Source: an uncultured delta proteobacterium (GTDB taxonomy: Bacteria > Myxococcota_A > Polyangia > Polyangiales > JAFGIB01). From it: a DNA stretch of 64,000 nucleotides. The stretch covers positions 768,001 through 832,000 of the forward strand of contig CAVZVA010000005.1 of the NCBI GenBank assembly GCA_963778655.1, given 5' to 3'. Shown in pieces: positions 28,647-37,974 of the stretch. The number at the start of each line of letters is the position of its first letter. Position 1 is the first letter of the stretch. Position numbers and translations under genes: made by a program. The notes beneath the pieces are model-generated. The model worked only from the letters and a program-made list of their open reading frames with translations. It was not told the origin of the DNA and ran no database searches.

Positions 28647-28797
28647 CGGGAGGGGCACGCGCCCCGACACACAGCGCTGCCGGCTGGCGAGTGCGCGCAA
28701 CGCAGTGGAGCGAACCCCCGAGGGAGGGTGGGGCACGCGCCCCTCCCGGTAACAAGAAGCAAGGGTGGGGCGGGAGGGGCACGCGCCCCTCCCGGTA
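28647..28797. repeat. Cluster of three REP-like GC hairpins
   Basis: GGGAGGGGC-ACGC-GCCCCTCCC perfect within 28771-28797; variant copies at 28647-28665 and 28722-28751. Confidence 0.75.
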
Positions 28798-28799
28798 TC

Positions 28800-29831
28800 C
28801 TAATACCCCAGCGCCATCGATTTGCAGCGGCGCGCGGTGCGCTCGCGCAGCCTGGCCTGGCGCGCGGCGAGCACGGCCGGGTCGGGTTCCAGCGGCGGAG
28901 CCTCGGCGTCGGCCGGCGAGTTGCCGCGCGGCACGTAGAAGAAGCTCAAGTCGTCGACGAAGTCGTAGAGCTCCTCGTGCCGATCGAGCAGCTCGCAATT
29001 GCGAGCCAGCAAGTGGGACACGATCATCTGGAACGCATCGACGCTCCAGGGATGGGTGTCGTGCAGCAGCACGATCCCACCGTTGCCATGGTGGCGCGCG
29101 AGCTCCTTCAGAAAGGTGTCGTAGACCTCCTGCGCGGTGTGGACCTGGAAGTCCTCGCCGCCCAGGCTCCAGAGCACGGTGGTGTAGCCGCGTGCCGCGG
29201 CCAGCTGGTCGACGCGCTGGCTGTGCGCGCCGAACGGCGGCCGATAGATCCACGGCCGGGCGCCCAGGACGCGCTCGAAGACCTCCTCGGCGCCGCGCAG
29301 CTGCGCGCGAACTCCGTCGTCGTCGAGCAAGGGAAGCTGGGCGTGATCGAAGGTATGGCCGCCGACCAAGTGCCCGCGGCGCACGATCTCACGCGCCAGC
29401 ATGGCCTGCTCGCGCTGGTAGGGCGTGGTCAGCGCCATGCGGCTCGCGACCAGAAAGAAGATGGCCTTGATCCCCGCCTCGTCCAAGCGGTCCAGCAGCA
29501 GCGGCGTGGTGCGCCGGTCGGGGCCGTCGTCGAAGGTGAACAGCACGAAGCGGTGAGGCGTGGTGCCGGTGATGGTCATGCCGCGCTTGAACGCCGCGCC
29601 GAGCGCGAGATCGATCGAGCGCACGACGGGAACGGCGGGCTGTGACGGTGCGCCGGCGGCCGCCTGCGCGGGCGGCGCGGCCGTGACGGCGGTGGCATGG
29701 GCGGCGGACGCGACCGCCGGCAGATCAACGCGGGCCATCGAGGCCGGTGTCGTGAGCAGCGCCAGCGTCGCGCCGCTGCCCAGCGCGGCCAAGCAGAACA
29801 CCCCCCGGCGAACGATGGCTGGCGCCGACAT
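28800..29831 (-). CDS. Polysaccharide deacetylase (NodB/CE4), exported
   Basis: TFDDGP, GHTFDH, YRPPFG, IVLLHD; N-terminal hydrophobic segment. Confidence 0.92.
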   Translation of the reverse strand: MSAPAIVRRGVFCLAALGSGATLALLTTPASMARVDLPAVASAAHATAVTAAPPAQAAAGAPSQPAVPVVRSIDLALGAAFKRGMTITGTTPHRFVLFTFDDGPDRRTTPLLLDRLDEAGIKAIFFLVASRMALTTPYQREQAMLAREIVRRGHLVGGHTFDHAQLPLLDDDGVRAQLRGAEEVFERVLGARPWIYRPPFGAHSQRVDQLAAARGYTTVLWSLGGEDFQVHTAQEVYDTFLKELARHHGNGGIVLLHDTHPWSVDAFQMIVSHLLARNCELLDRHEELYDFVDDLSFFYVPRGNSPADAEAPPLEPDPAVLAARQARLRERTARRCKSMALGY

Positions 29832-29908
29832 CGCCTTACATCTTAGGAGCAGACTTCGCAAACGCCGAAAAAGGCGCGCGTCCGCGCCGCCCGCGGAGCG
29901 GCCGGCGC

Positions 29909-31453
29909 TCAGTTTGAATGAATGGGCCGGAAGCTGATCGGCGCTTCGAAGCGGGCGCCGCCCGGTCCCGGGCTGGGGAAGTGCCAGCGCTGGGCCACGC
30001 TCTTCACGCACTGGCCGAGTAGCGCGGGCACGGGGCCGTCCGAGGCAAGCTCCACGCCTTTGACGCCGCCCCCCGCATCCAACTCGACCCGCAGCCGCAT
30101 ATGTACCAGACTTGAGCCCGGCCCGCTGCGCATGGCACGTTCGTAGCAACGTTGCAGCGCACGCCCAGCCATGCGAATCACCATCGCTACGGCCGCTGGA
30201 TCGATGGCCTGCGCCCGCGAGCCGCCGGCGACCGCCTGGGGGGCGTTAACCAGGCGCAGCGCCTTGGGGTCGAAGCGGGTGCCCAGCAGCTCGACCTCGA
30301 CACGCGCCTGCATCAAACGGCCGTCGTCGAGCAGCGCCCGCAGCTGCAGCGGCCCGGGCGGCGCGCGCATCCGCAGCTCCCCGCCGGCTCCGAGCTCGGC
30401 CTCACCGACCTGCCATTGCGTCACGTGCGGCCAGGTTGGCAGCTCGAGCGCCGGCCAATGTGCGGAACCGGCCACCGCCTCGTACGGCCGCGGGAGCGCG
30501 CGACCGTGCAGCCGAGGACTGGGGCGCAGCCGGCCCCAGCGTGCAGGCGCGTGCAACTCGGCCAGCAACTTGCCCGCCGCGTCGAGCACCACCACCGTGC
30601 CCTCGTCCAGCTCCACGCCTGGCAGCAGGCCCAGGCCCGCCTCGCTCGGGCTCGCCGCGGACCCCGCGCCGCCCTCGCTCGCGCGTGCCGGCGCGTACTG
30701 CGGCTCCAGCTCGACCGCGAAGCGCGTGCCGCGCACCGCCACCCGCTTGCCGGCCACAGCTACCTCGTAGCGCTCGCCGTCCTGCAGCTTGCGCACGTGG
30801 CTGACCACGCGGCCGCCGAGCAGCTCGAGCAGCATGGTGCCGGGGCGCAGCGTCCGTAACGCCAACCGCGACTCCGGCCCGACGATCAGCGCCGCAGCGC
30901 CTTCGATCGCCAAGTGCACCTCGCCGTGCGTGCCGGTCTGCAGCACCCAGCCTTCCTGCGGGCTCGAGCTCAGGTCAACCGCGTACGCACCGCCACGCCC
31001 GTCCACTGCCTCGACGCTGCCGCTCACCGCGGTGACCTCGGTTCGCAGCAGCAAGGGCGGCGCGGGAGCCGGGGCCGGTGGCGCGACGCGCGCCACGCCT
31101 TCCGGGTGCGGGCGCAGCGGGTGGCTGGCCAGAAACAGACCCAAGCCCGCGGCCGCCGCGAGCGCGGCGGGCAGCCGTGCGCGGCGAAGGCGCGCGCGCC
31201 GCAACAGTCGCGCGTGCTCGCGCTGCAGCGGCCGCTCCAGCTTCACCCAGTCGATCGCCGGCGGCGGCGACGCGAAAGCCGCGTCAGCCAGCGCCGCATA
31301 GCGACGCATGCCCTCGAGCGCTTCGCGGCAGGTCGGACAGGCCGCGAGATGCCGCTCCACACGAGCGCGCGCCTGCGCGCCGAGCAGCCCGCGCCCGTAC
31401 GCGTCGAGCGCCGCCAGCTTGGGCAGATGCTGGCCGTCATCCGCCACCGGCAT
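29909..31453 (-). CDS. Anti-sigma factor: zf-HC2 + TM + FecR + C-terminal AgmX/PglI-type TonB-C-like domain
   Basis: HLAACPTC; TM AALAAAAGLGLFL; FecR strands (LELLGGRV, VAVRGTRFAV, LDEGTVVV); C-terminal LQRCYERA...LGQCVKSVAQRWHFPSP. Confidence 0.85.
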   Translation of the reverse strand: MPVADDGQHLPKLAALDAYGRGLLGAQARARVERHLAACPTCREALEGMRRYAALADAAFASPPPAIDWVKLERPLQREHARLLRRARLRRARLPAALAAAAGLGLFLASHPLRPHPEGVARVAPPAPAPAPPLLLRTEVTAVSGSVEAVDGRGGAYAVDLSSSPQEGWVLQTGTHGEVHLAIEGAAALIVGPESRLALRTLRPGTMLLELLGGRVVSHVRKLQDGERYEVAVAGKRVAVRGTRFAVELEPQYAPARASEGGAGSAASPSEAGLGLLPGVELDEGTVVVLDAAGKLLAELHAPARWGRLRPSPRLHGRALPRPYEAVAGSAHWPALELPTWPHVTQWQVGEAELGAGGELRMRAPPGPLQLRALLDDGRLMQARVEVELLGTRFDPKALRLVNAPQAVAGGSRAQAIDPAAVAMVIRMAGRALQRCYERAMRSGPGSSLVHMRLRVELDAGGGVKGVELASDGPVPALLGQCVKSVAQRWHFPSPGPGGARFEAPISFRPIHSN

Positions 31454-32048
31454 CCTCCTGTGCTTGGCCTCGAGGCAACGCCAAAAGCTCGCCCAGCGTC
31501 GGATCGCGGGCCAGCGCTGCGTACAGCTCCTTGCGCGCGTAGAACAGGCGCGTCCGCACCGTGAGCACGGGCGCGTCGACGATCGCCGCGATCTCGGTCG
31601 CCGGAAGCCCCGCGAAGTCGTGCAGCACGAGCACAGTGCGCTTCTTGTCGCTCAGCGCGGACAGGTGCGAGTACAGCAGTCGCACGCGCTCGCTGCGCTC
31701 GGCGTCCGCGTCCGGCCGCTCGCCCGCCGCGTCCGGCTGCCGCTCGAGGGTGTCATTGGACGCGGAGGTCAGCTGAGGGCGCGAGCGCTGGCGACGCAGG
31801 TGCATGCGCGCCACGTTCGTCACCACGCGGTAGAGCCAGGTCGAGAACTTGCTCTGCCCCTGATACGAGGGCAGCGAGCGGTAGATCTGGACCAGCGCCT
31901 CCTGCACCACGTCCTCGAGGTCCGGGCTGGGCCCCAGCGACCGGAACGCGACCCGCGCGACATCGTCGCGATAGCGGGTCAGCAGCTCGCGCAAGGCGAG
32001 CGGCTCTCCACGCTGCGCGCGCCTTATCAGAGGATCGCTATCCGCCAT
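31437..32048 (-). CDS. ECF sigma factor
   Basis: LEDVVQEA, KFSTWLYRVVTN, LHDFAGL..TEIA, TVRTRLFYARKEL; overlaps the anti-sigma start. Confidence 0.93.
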   Translation of the reverse strand: MADSDPLIRRAQRGEPLALRELLTRYRDDVARVAFRSLGPSPDLEDVVQEALVQIYRSLPSYQGQSKFSTWLYRVVTNVARMHLRRQRSRPQLTSASNDTLERQPDAAGERPDADAERSERVRLLYSHLSALSDKKRTVLVLHDFAGLPATEIAAIVDAPVLTVRTRLFYARKELYAALARDPTLGELLALPRGQAQEDAGGG

Positions 32049-32446
32049 GGGGGCCCGGCGCGCCACGCGCAGGCGCCCGGCCGGCGATCGCGCTGCGCGG
32101 CTCGGCACAGGGATGCACGGCTGGGTCGCCGGGGCTACATCGAACGCGCACGTCGTGGCGTTTTGCGGCGACCATACCATGGGGCCCAGAGCATGCGTTG
32201 CGCCTGCGCGAGCGGAAATTCACCGAGACCGAAGCTTTCCGCCGCCCGCCGGCCGCGGCCCAGCGCGCGCGGGGGCCCGGAGGAGCACGGGGATGGTGGG
32301 GGGGCGACGTGTCCGCGCGTGGGTGCAAAGCGCGCGTCACCCGCCCGGTGCCGGAACACTTTCGGCCAGCACTGGAATGCTTGCGCCGGCCGACGTGTTC
32401 GGCTACGAGCCGAGCCCGGTCGCCCCGAGCTTTGCGCGGAGCCTGC

Positions 32447-33433
32447 GTGATCCGAGTCGAGAATCTGAGCAAACGATACGGCGATCGCCTCGCCGTCGAC
32501 GACGTCAGCTTTCAGGTGGAGCCCGGCGAGGTGATCGGGTTTCTCGGGCCCAACGGCGCCGGAAAGAGCACCACCCTGCGCATGCTCACAGGTTACCTGG
32601 CGCCCAACCAGGGGCGCATCAGCATCGGCGGCGTGGACGCGGTCGCCGACTCGGTGCGCGCGCGGCGCCTGATCGGCTACATGCCCGAGTCCGTGCCGCT
32701 CTACCGCGAGCTGCGCGTCAGCGAGTACCTGCGCTTCCGCGCCCGGCTCAAGGGCGTGCCGCGCAAGCAGGCCGCCGCGCGCGTCGACAAGGTGCTCGAG
32801 CTCGCCAACGTGGCCGACGTGCGCGAGCGGCTGATCGGCCAGCTCTCCAAGGGCTACAGGTCGCGCGTGGGCCTGGCCGACGCGCTGGTCGCCGACCCGC
32901 CGCTGTTGGTGCTCGACGAGCCCACCGCCGGGCTCGACCCCAACCAGATTCGCCAGGTCCGCGACCTGATCCGCAGCCTGGCGGGCAGCAAGACCGTGCT
33001 GCTCTCGACCCACATCCTGCCCGAGGTGGAGTCGACCTGCGGCCGCGTGATCATCATCGACCGCGGCCGGCTGGTGGGCGAGGGCGAGCCGGGCCGGCTG
33101 CGCGTGGCAGGCGAGGGTGGCCATCTGCTGACGGTCGAGGCACGCGGCGATCGCGCCCGGCTCGAAGCGCTGCTGCGCGCGGTTCCCGGGGTGCAGGCGA
33201 TCGCGGCCACCACTGTGCTCTCGGTCGAGCCCTCGCTGCTGCGCTTCAAGCTCGAGGCCGAGAGCGGCGAGGTGGCGGAGGCGGTATTCCAGGCGGTGGC
33301 GGCCGCCGGCCTGGCGCTGCGCGAGCTGCGCCGCGAGCAGACCTCGCTCGAGGACGTATTCGCCAAGCTCACCCAACACGACGCGGCCGCGCACGCCGAG
33401 CCCGTCCCCGAGCCGTCGCAGAGCACCCCATGA
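32447..33433 (+). CDS. ABC-2-type ATP-binding protein (GldA-like)
   Basis: GPNGAGKST, IGYMPESVPLY, LSKGYRSRVGLADAL, LDEPTAGLDPNQI, LSTHILPEVE; GTG start. Confidence 0.92.
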   Translation: MIRVENLSKRYGDRLAVDDVSFQVEPGEVIGFLGPNGAGKSTTLRMLTGYLAPNQGRISIGGVDAVADSVRARRLIGYMPESVPLYRELRVSEYLRFRARLKGVPRKQAAARVDKVLELANVADVRERLIGQLSKGYRSRVGLADALVADPPLLVLDEPTAGLDPNQIRQVRDLIRSLAGSKTVLLSTHILPEVESTCGRVIIIDRGRLVGEGEPGRLRVAGEGGHLLTVEARGDRARLEALLRAVPGVQAIAATTVLSVEPSLLRFKLEAESGEVAEAVFQAVAAAGLALRELRREQTSLEDVFAKLTQHDAAAHAEPVPEPSQSTP

Positions 33434-34182
33434 GCGCGATCCTCACCATCGCGGGCCGCGAGATCCGCTCGTTCTTCGTCTCGTCCATCGCCTACGTCGT
33501 GCTCACGGTGTGGCTGCTGTTCTTCGGCATCGTGTTCTACATCCTGGCGCTGTTCTTCAGCGCCCAACCGCCCGGCTCCGGGGCCAACCTGCTGCAGACC
33601 TTCTTCGGCGGCACCACGCTGTTCTACCTGCCGCTGCTGATCTTCCCGCCCGTGCTGACCATGCGCCTGCTGGCCGAGGAGCGCTCCTCGGGCACGCTCG
33701 AGACGCTGATGACCGCGCCCGTGACCGAGATCGAGATCGTGCTCGGCAAGTACCTGGCGGCGCTCACGTTCTGGATCGTGCTGTGGCTGCCGATGCTGGC
33801 CTACGTGTGGATCTCCGCCGGCACCGCCAAGGACGCCGTGGACATGGGCGCGATCGGTGCGACCTATCTCGGCCTGCTTTGCGTGGGCATCTTCTATATG
33901 GCGGTCGGGCTGTTCATGAGCGCGGTGGCGCGCAACCAGATCGTCGCCGCGGTGCTCACCTTCCTGGTGCTCGGCGGCCTGTTCGTGACCGGCCTCGCGG
34001 GCTACGCCACGCCCGACGAGGAGAAGCGCGCGGTCTTCGAGTACCTCGGGCTGTGGACCCAGATGGGCGCCTTTGCCAAGGGTATCGTCGACACCCGTTA
34101 CCTGGTCTACGACATCAGCGCCGCGGCGCTCGCGCTGTTCCTCTCGGTGCGCGTGCTGCAAGCCAACCGGTGGCAACCATGA
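33430..34182 (+). CDS. ABC-2 permease (GldF-like)
   Basis: REIRSFFVSSIAY, TMRLLAEERSSGTLETLMTAPV, IVLGKY, NQIVAA, FAKGIVDTR; ATGA overlap. Confidence 0.92.
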   Translation: MSAILTIAGREIRSFFVSSIAYVVLTVWLLFFGIVFYILALFFSAQPPGSGANLLQTFFGGTTLFYLPLLIFPPVLTMRLLAEERSSGTLETLMTAPVTEIEIVLGKYLAALTFWIVLWLPMLAYVWISAGTAKDAVDMGAIGATYLGLLCVGIFYMAVGLFMSAVARNQIVAAVLTFLVLGGLFVTGLAGYATPDEEKRAVFEYLGLWTQMGAFAKGIVDTRYLVYDISAAALALFLSVRVLQANRWQP

Positions 34183-35738
34183 GTGAGCCGAGCGTGGAAG
34201 CGCCCGTTCAGGCGACCGCTGGTCCGCCCCCGGCCCAGAGCCGGCGCCCCCGCCGCGCGCTCGAGCGTGCCGCGGTCAGCGCATCGTCGCTGCTGGTGCT
34301 GGCGATCGTGCTGATGGTGAACTACCTGGCCTTTCGCCACTACAAGCGGCTCGACTGGACCAGCGAGGGCATGTTCACGCTCTCCGGCAAGTCGCTCAAG
34401 GTCGTGCGCGGCCTGACCAAGGACGTCGACATCTACGTCTTCCTGTCGCAGGGCGAGGAGAGCTTCGAAGCGGCCGACGAGCTGATCAAGCGCTACAAGG
34501 CCGCCAGCCCGCACATCAAGGCGCACTACGTCGACCCCGACCGCAACCCCAGCGAGTTCAAGCTGCTGGCCCAACGCTACGGCGTGGCCAGCGGCGCCAC
34601 CGCCACCGGCGAGGCGCGCGCCGACGTGGCCGCGATCGTGGTGCAGGGCAAGAAGAACTGGCACGTCAGCCGCGACGACCTGGTCGGCTGGGGGATGGGC
34701 GGCGGTTCCGGCGATCAACAGGCCGAGGTCCAGGTCAAGGCGGAGCAGGCCCTGACCGGCGCGCTGATGCAGGTGGTGAGCGGCCGCCCGACCAAGGTCT
34801 GCGTCACCAAGGGCCACGGTGAATGGAGCCTGGACGACAGCGACGAGCGCTCGCTCTCCAGCCTCAAGACCGGCCTGCGCCACGACAACATCGTGTGGGA
34901 GGCGTTCGAGACGCTGGGCAAGAAGCAGGTGCCCGCCGGCTGCGACGCGCTGTTCGTGCTGGGCCCGCAGCGCGCCTTCTCGGATCAGGAGGCCAAGCTG
35001 GTGCTCGACTACGCCCGCGGCGGCGGCAACGTCATGCTCGCGCTCGACCCGGTCATCGACCACGACGAGATCCAGCCCACCGGTTTCGAGCAGCCGCTGC
35101 AGAGCGTCGGCGTGCGCCTGGACCGCGCGCTGGCGATCGAGCTCGACCAGGACCACCTGCTGTCGCCGAATACGGTCGAGTTCCTGGTGACCGAATTCGG
35201 CGATCACCCCACCACGCGCGTGCTCAAGGACCGCGCCCGGGTGGTGGTCGCGCTGGCGCGCAGCCTCTCGGTCACCGAGCACAGCGACAAGATCGAGGTG
35301 CTGATGCGCACCAGCGACAAGGCCTTCGGCGCCACCGACATCTCGCAGGTGATGGGCGGCGACAAGGAGCCCAAGCGCGGCGCGAGCGACATCGCCGGGC
35401 CGCTTGACCTGGCGCTCGCAGTGCGCATGCGCGACGAAGCTCAGGCCGAGAAGGGCAAGGCGCTGGGAGGCCGCCTGATCGTGGTCGGCGACAGCGACTT
35501 CCTTCAGGGCTCGTTGCTGGAGGCCCCGGAGCTCGCCAACTTCCACCTCGCGAGCGCGTGGACCGGCTGGCTGACGCAGCGCGAGGCGCTGATCGAGATC
35601 CCGCCCAAGAAGCTCAAGGGCGGCAACATTGTGTTCACCCAGGACAGCCTGTGGGGGCTGCTGTTCCGCATCGGCGTGCTGCTGCCGGGCGCGGCTCTGC
35701 TGCTGGGCCTGGCGGTCTGGTTCAACCGAAGGTCGTGA
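34179..35738 (+). CDS. GldG-family ABC auxiliary protein
   Basis: TM, RLDWTSEGMFTLS, VDPD, GHGE, LIVVGDSDF, C-terminal TM ending WFNRR. Confidence 0.88.
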   Translation: MSEPSVEAPVQATAGPPPAQSRRPRRALERAAVSASSLLVLAIVLMVNYLAFRHYKRLDWTSEGMFTLSGKSLKVVRGLTKDVDIYVFLSQGEESFEAADELIKRYKAASPHIKAHYVDPDRNPSEFKLLAQRYGVASGATATGEARADVAAIVVQGKKNWHVSRDDLVGWGMGGGSGDQQAEVQVKAEQALTGALMQVVSGRPTKVCVTKGHGEWSLDDSDERSLSSLKTGLRHDNIVWEAFETLGKKQVPAGCDALFVLGPQRAFSDQEAKLVLDYARGGGNVMLALDPVIDHDEIQPTGFEQPLQSVGVRLDRALAIELDQDHLLSPNTVEFLVTEFGDHPTTRVLKDRARVVVALARSLSVTEHSDKIEVLMRTSDKAFGATDISQVMGGDKEPKRGASDIAGPLDLALAVRMRDEAQAEKGKALGGRLIVVGDSDFLQGSLLEAPELANFHLASAWTGWLTQREALIEIPPKKLKGGNIVFTQDSLWGLLFRIGVLLPGAALLLGLAVWFNRRS

Positions 35739-35739
35739 G

Positions 35740-37974
35740 ATGGCGCTGGCGCGAAGCGTGCGGACAAGCCTCGTGCTGCTCGCGCTCGCCGGGCTGTTGC
35801 TCGGCTACATCCTGCTGGTCGACCGCGGCAGCGTGAGCAGCAGCCAGCTTGAGCAGCGCAAGGACGCAGCGCTGCCCGAGCTGACGCGCAAGGAGGTCGC
35901 GAAGGTCGAGCTGCAGCACAAGGGTCACATGCTGGTGCTGGTGCGCGACCCCGATGATCCCGACGAGGGTGGCCTGTGGCGGGTGCAGGCGCCCTACAAG
36001 GCCAAGGCCGACCAGCAGCTGGTGAACGACCTGCTCGCCTCGCTCGACACCCTCGACACCAAGCGGCGCATCGAGTCCGTGACTGCGGCCGACCGCAAGC
36101 GCTTCGGGCTCGACGCGCCGCGCTATCGGCTGTGGCTCAGCCAGGGACGGCTGCGCATCCCGATCACGGTCGGCGGCGAGAGCCCGCAGGGCGACGGCAT
36201 CTACCTTCAGGCGGCCAACCCGGCGCTTGCGTTCGTGGTCGGCAAAGACTTGCTCGACGACCTGGCGCACGATCCGCTCGACTACCACACCAAGGAGCTG
36301 CACGACGGCGCGCTGGTGTCGACCTCGCGCGCGCTCTCGCTGCGCGATGCGCAGGGCGAGCGCGCCGTGCGCAAGCGAGACGACGGTCTGTGGGAGCTGC
36401 AGCCGCCGGACGCGGGCCTGGCTTCGGCTCCGGTGATCGGCGAGGCGATCGACGCGCTCGACGGGCTGCGCGCCAAGCACTTCGTGGCCCAGAACGTCAA
36501 GGACCTGGCGCGCTACGGGCTGGACCACCCGCGCTTCGAGCTGACGCTGCACATGACGCGCCTGCTCGGGGAGGCCGCCAAGGACGAAAAGGGCAAGCCC
36601 AAGCGCGAGCAGGTCGCCCTGCGCCTGCGCGTGGGCGCCGCGTGTGCGGCGCATCCGGGCGAGAGCTACGTGCTGGTCGACGACAGCGGCAGCGTGAGCT
36701 GCGCGGCCGACGAGGACCTGAAGAAGCTGCAGAAATCGCGCGACGAGCTGCGCGAGGCGCGCTTGCTGCCGCTCGACGACGACGAGGTGCAGGGCGTGCA
36801 GCTCGAGCAGGGCGCGCAGCGGCTCACGCTGCGCAAGGCCGACAAGACCTGGTCGTACGAGGCCGCGCGCAGCAGCGGCCATCCGCTCTCGGGCCTGGCG
36901 CGCGCCGACGCGGTGTCGGGCTGGCTCAAGGCCCTGCGCGAGACCAAGGCCGTGCGCTTCGCGCCGGCCGCATCCGCGCCCTTGCCGCAGCCGATCGTGC
37001 TGCGAGTCGAACGCGGCAAGGACAAGCGCCCCTACGAGGTGCGGCTGCACCCCGAAGCCGGCGAGCTGATGGCGCAACGCATCGACGAGCCGGGCTCGCT
37101 GGCGTTTCCCGCCGAGGCGCTCGAGCTGCTGCAGCCGCAGGCGGCGCGCTTCCGGCCGCTGTCGGTGCTGCACTTCGACGAGTCGTCGTTGCGCGCGATC
37201 GAGCTCCAGCGCGGCTCCCAGCACGAGCGCGTGGCGCGCGCAGACAGCGGCTCCAGCTTCGAGATCCAAGCGCCGCTGCACGCGCCCGCGGACACCGTCG
37301 TGCTGGAGGAGCTGGCGCGCCTGCTGTCCTCGCTGCAGGCCGTACGCTACGTCGCCGACGCGCCCGCGCCCAGCGATGGCCTGGGCCCCGCCGCGCTGGT
37401 GGTGAAGGTCGAGCGCAACGCCGCGCCCAAGGACAGCGCGCCCGCGAGCTTCAGCCTGCGGCTCGGCGCGCAGGCCGAGGGCGGCCGCTATGCCGAGCTC
37501 GCGGGCTCGCCGGGGGTGTTCGTGGCGCCGGCGCAGCTGGCGCAGGATCTCGCCGAGCCGCTGGTGAGCCGCACCTTGCTCTCGACCCCGCTCGAGCAGA
37601 TCCAGAGCATCGAGCTACAGCAGGGCAAACGCCGCGTGCGCGTGACCCGCCAAGGGCAGAGCTTCCAGGCCGGCGGCGCGGCCGCGCTCTCCAACGCGGC
37701 GGCCACGGCGCTCGCGCGCGCGATCGCGACGCTGCGAGCGAGTCACGCGAGCGGGTACGGCGCGGCGAGCAAGGCGCAGGGCTTCAGCCCACCGTTCGCG
37801 CGCCTGGTCGTCACCCAGACAGGCGGCCAATCAACCGCGCCGCTTTCGCACACGATCTCGATCGGCGCGGACGCAGGCGACGGCGCGCGCTATGCCCGGC
37901 GCGACGACCAGCCAGTGACCTTCGTGCTCCCGAAGGCCAGCGTCAGCGCGCTCACTTCCGCGGCCGAGCATTAG
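35740..37974 (+). CDS. Membrane-anchored protein with tandem DUF4340-like repeats
   Basis: N-terminal TM; repeated W...P...AD and (F/Y)GLD.P units with G.Y/YA-RR strands; usual fourth gene of gldAFG-like operons. Confidence 0.78.
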   Translation: MALARSVRTSLVLLALAGLLLGYILLVDRGSVSSSQLEQRKDAALPELTRKEVAKVELQHKGHMLVLVRDPDDPDEGGLWRVQAPYKAKADQQLVNDLLASLDTLDTKRRIESVTAADRKRFGLDAPRYRLWLSQGRLRIPITVGGESPQGDGIYLQAANPALAFVVGKDLLDDLAHDPLDYHTKELHDGALVSTSRALSLRDAQGERAVRKRDDGLWELQPPDAGLASAPVIGEAIDALDGLRAKHFVAQNVKDLARYGLDHPRFELTLHMTRLLGEAAKDEKGKPKREQVALRLRVGAACAAHPGESYVLVDDSGSVSCAADEDLKKLQKSRDELREARLLPLDDDEVQGVQLEQGAQRLTLRKADKTWSYEAARSSGHPLSGLARADAVSGWLKALRETKAVRFAPAASAPLPQPIVLRVERGKDKRPYEVRLHPEAGELMAQRIDEPGSLAFPAEALELLQPQAARFRPLSVLHFDESSLRAIELQRGSQHERVARADSGSSFEIQAPLHAPADTVVLEELARLLSSLQAVRYVADAPAPSDGLGPAALVVKVERNAAPKDSAPASFSLRLGAQAEGGRYAELAGSPGVFVAPAQLAQDLAEPLVSRTLLSTPLEQIQSIELQQGKRRVRVTRQGQSFQAGGAAALSNAAATALARAIATLRASHASGYGAASKAQGFSPPFARLVVTQTGGQSTAPLSHTISIGADAGDGARYARRDDQPVTFVLPKASVSALTSAAEH

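Noticed and set aside
28647..28797. CRISPR array
   Set aside because: Three degenerate copies with irregular spacing and no cas genes; better explained as REP-like hairpins
32447..35738. Bacteroidota-type gliding/T9SS machinery
   Set aside because: GldAFG-like transporters are widespread, and no gldK/L/M/N or spr genes are present
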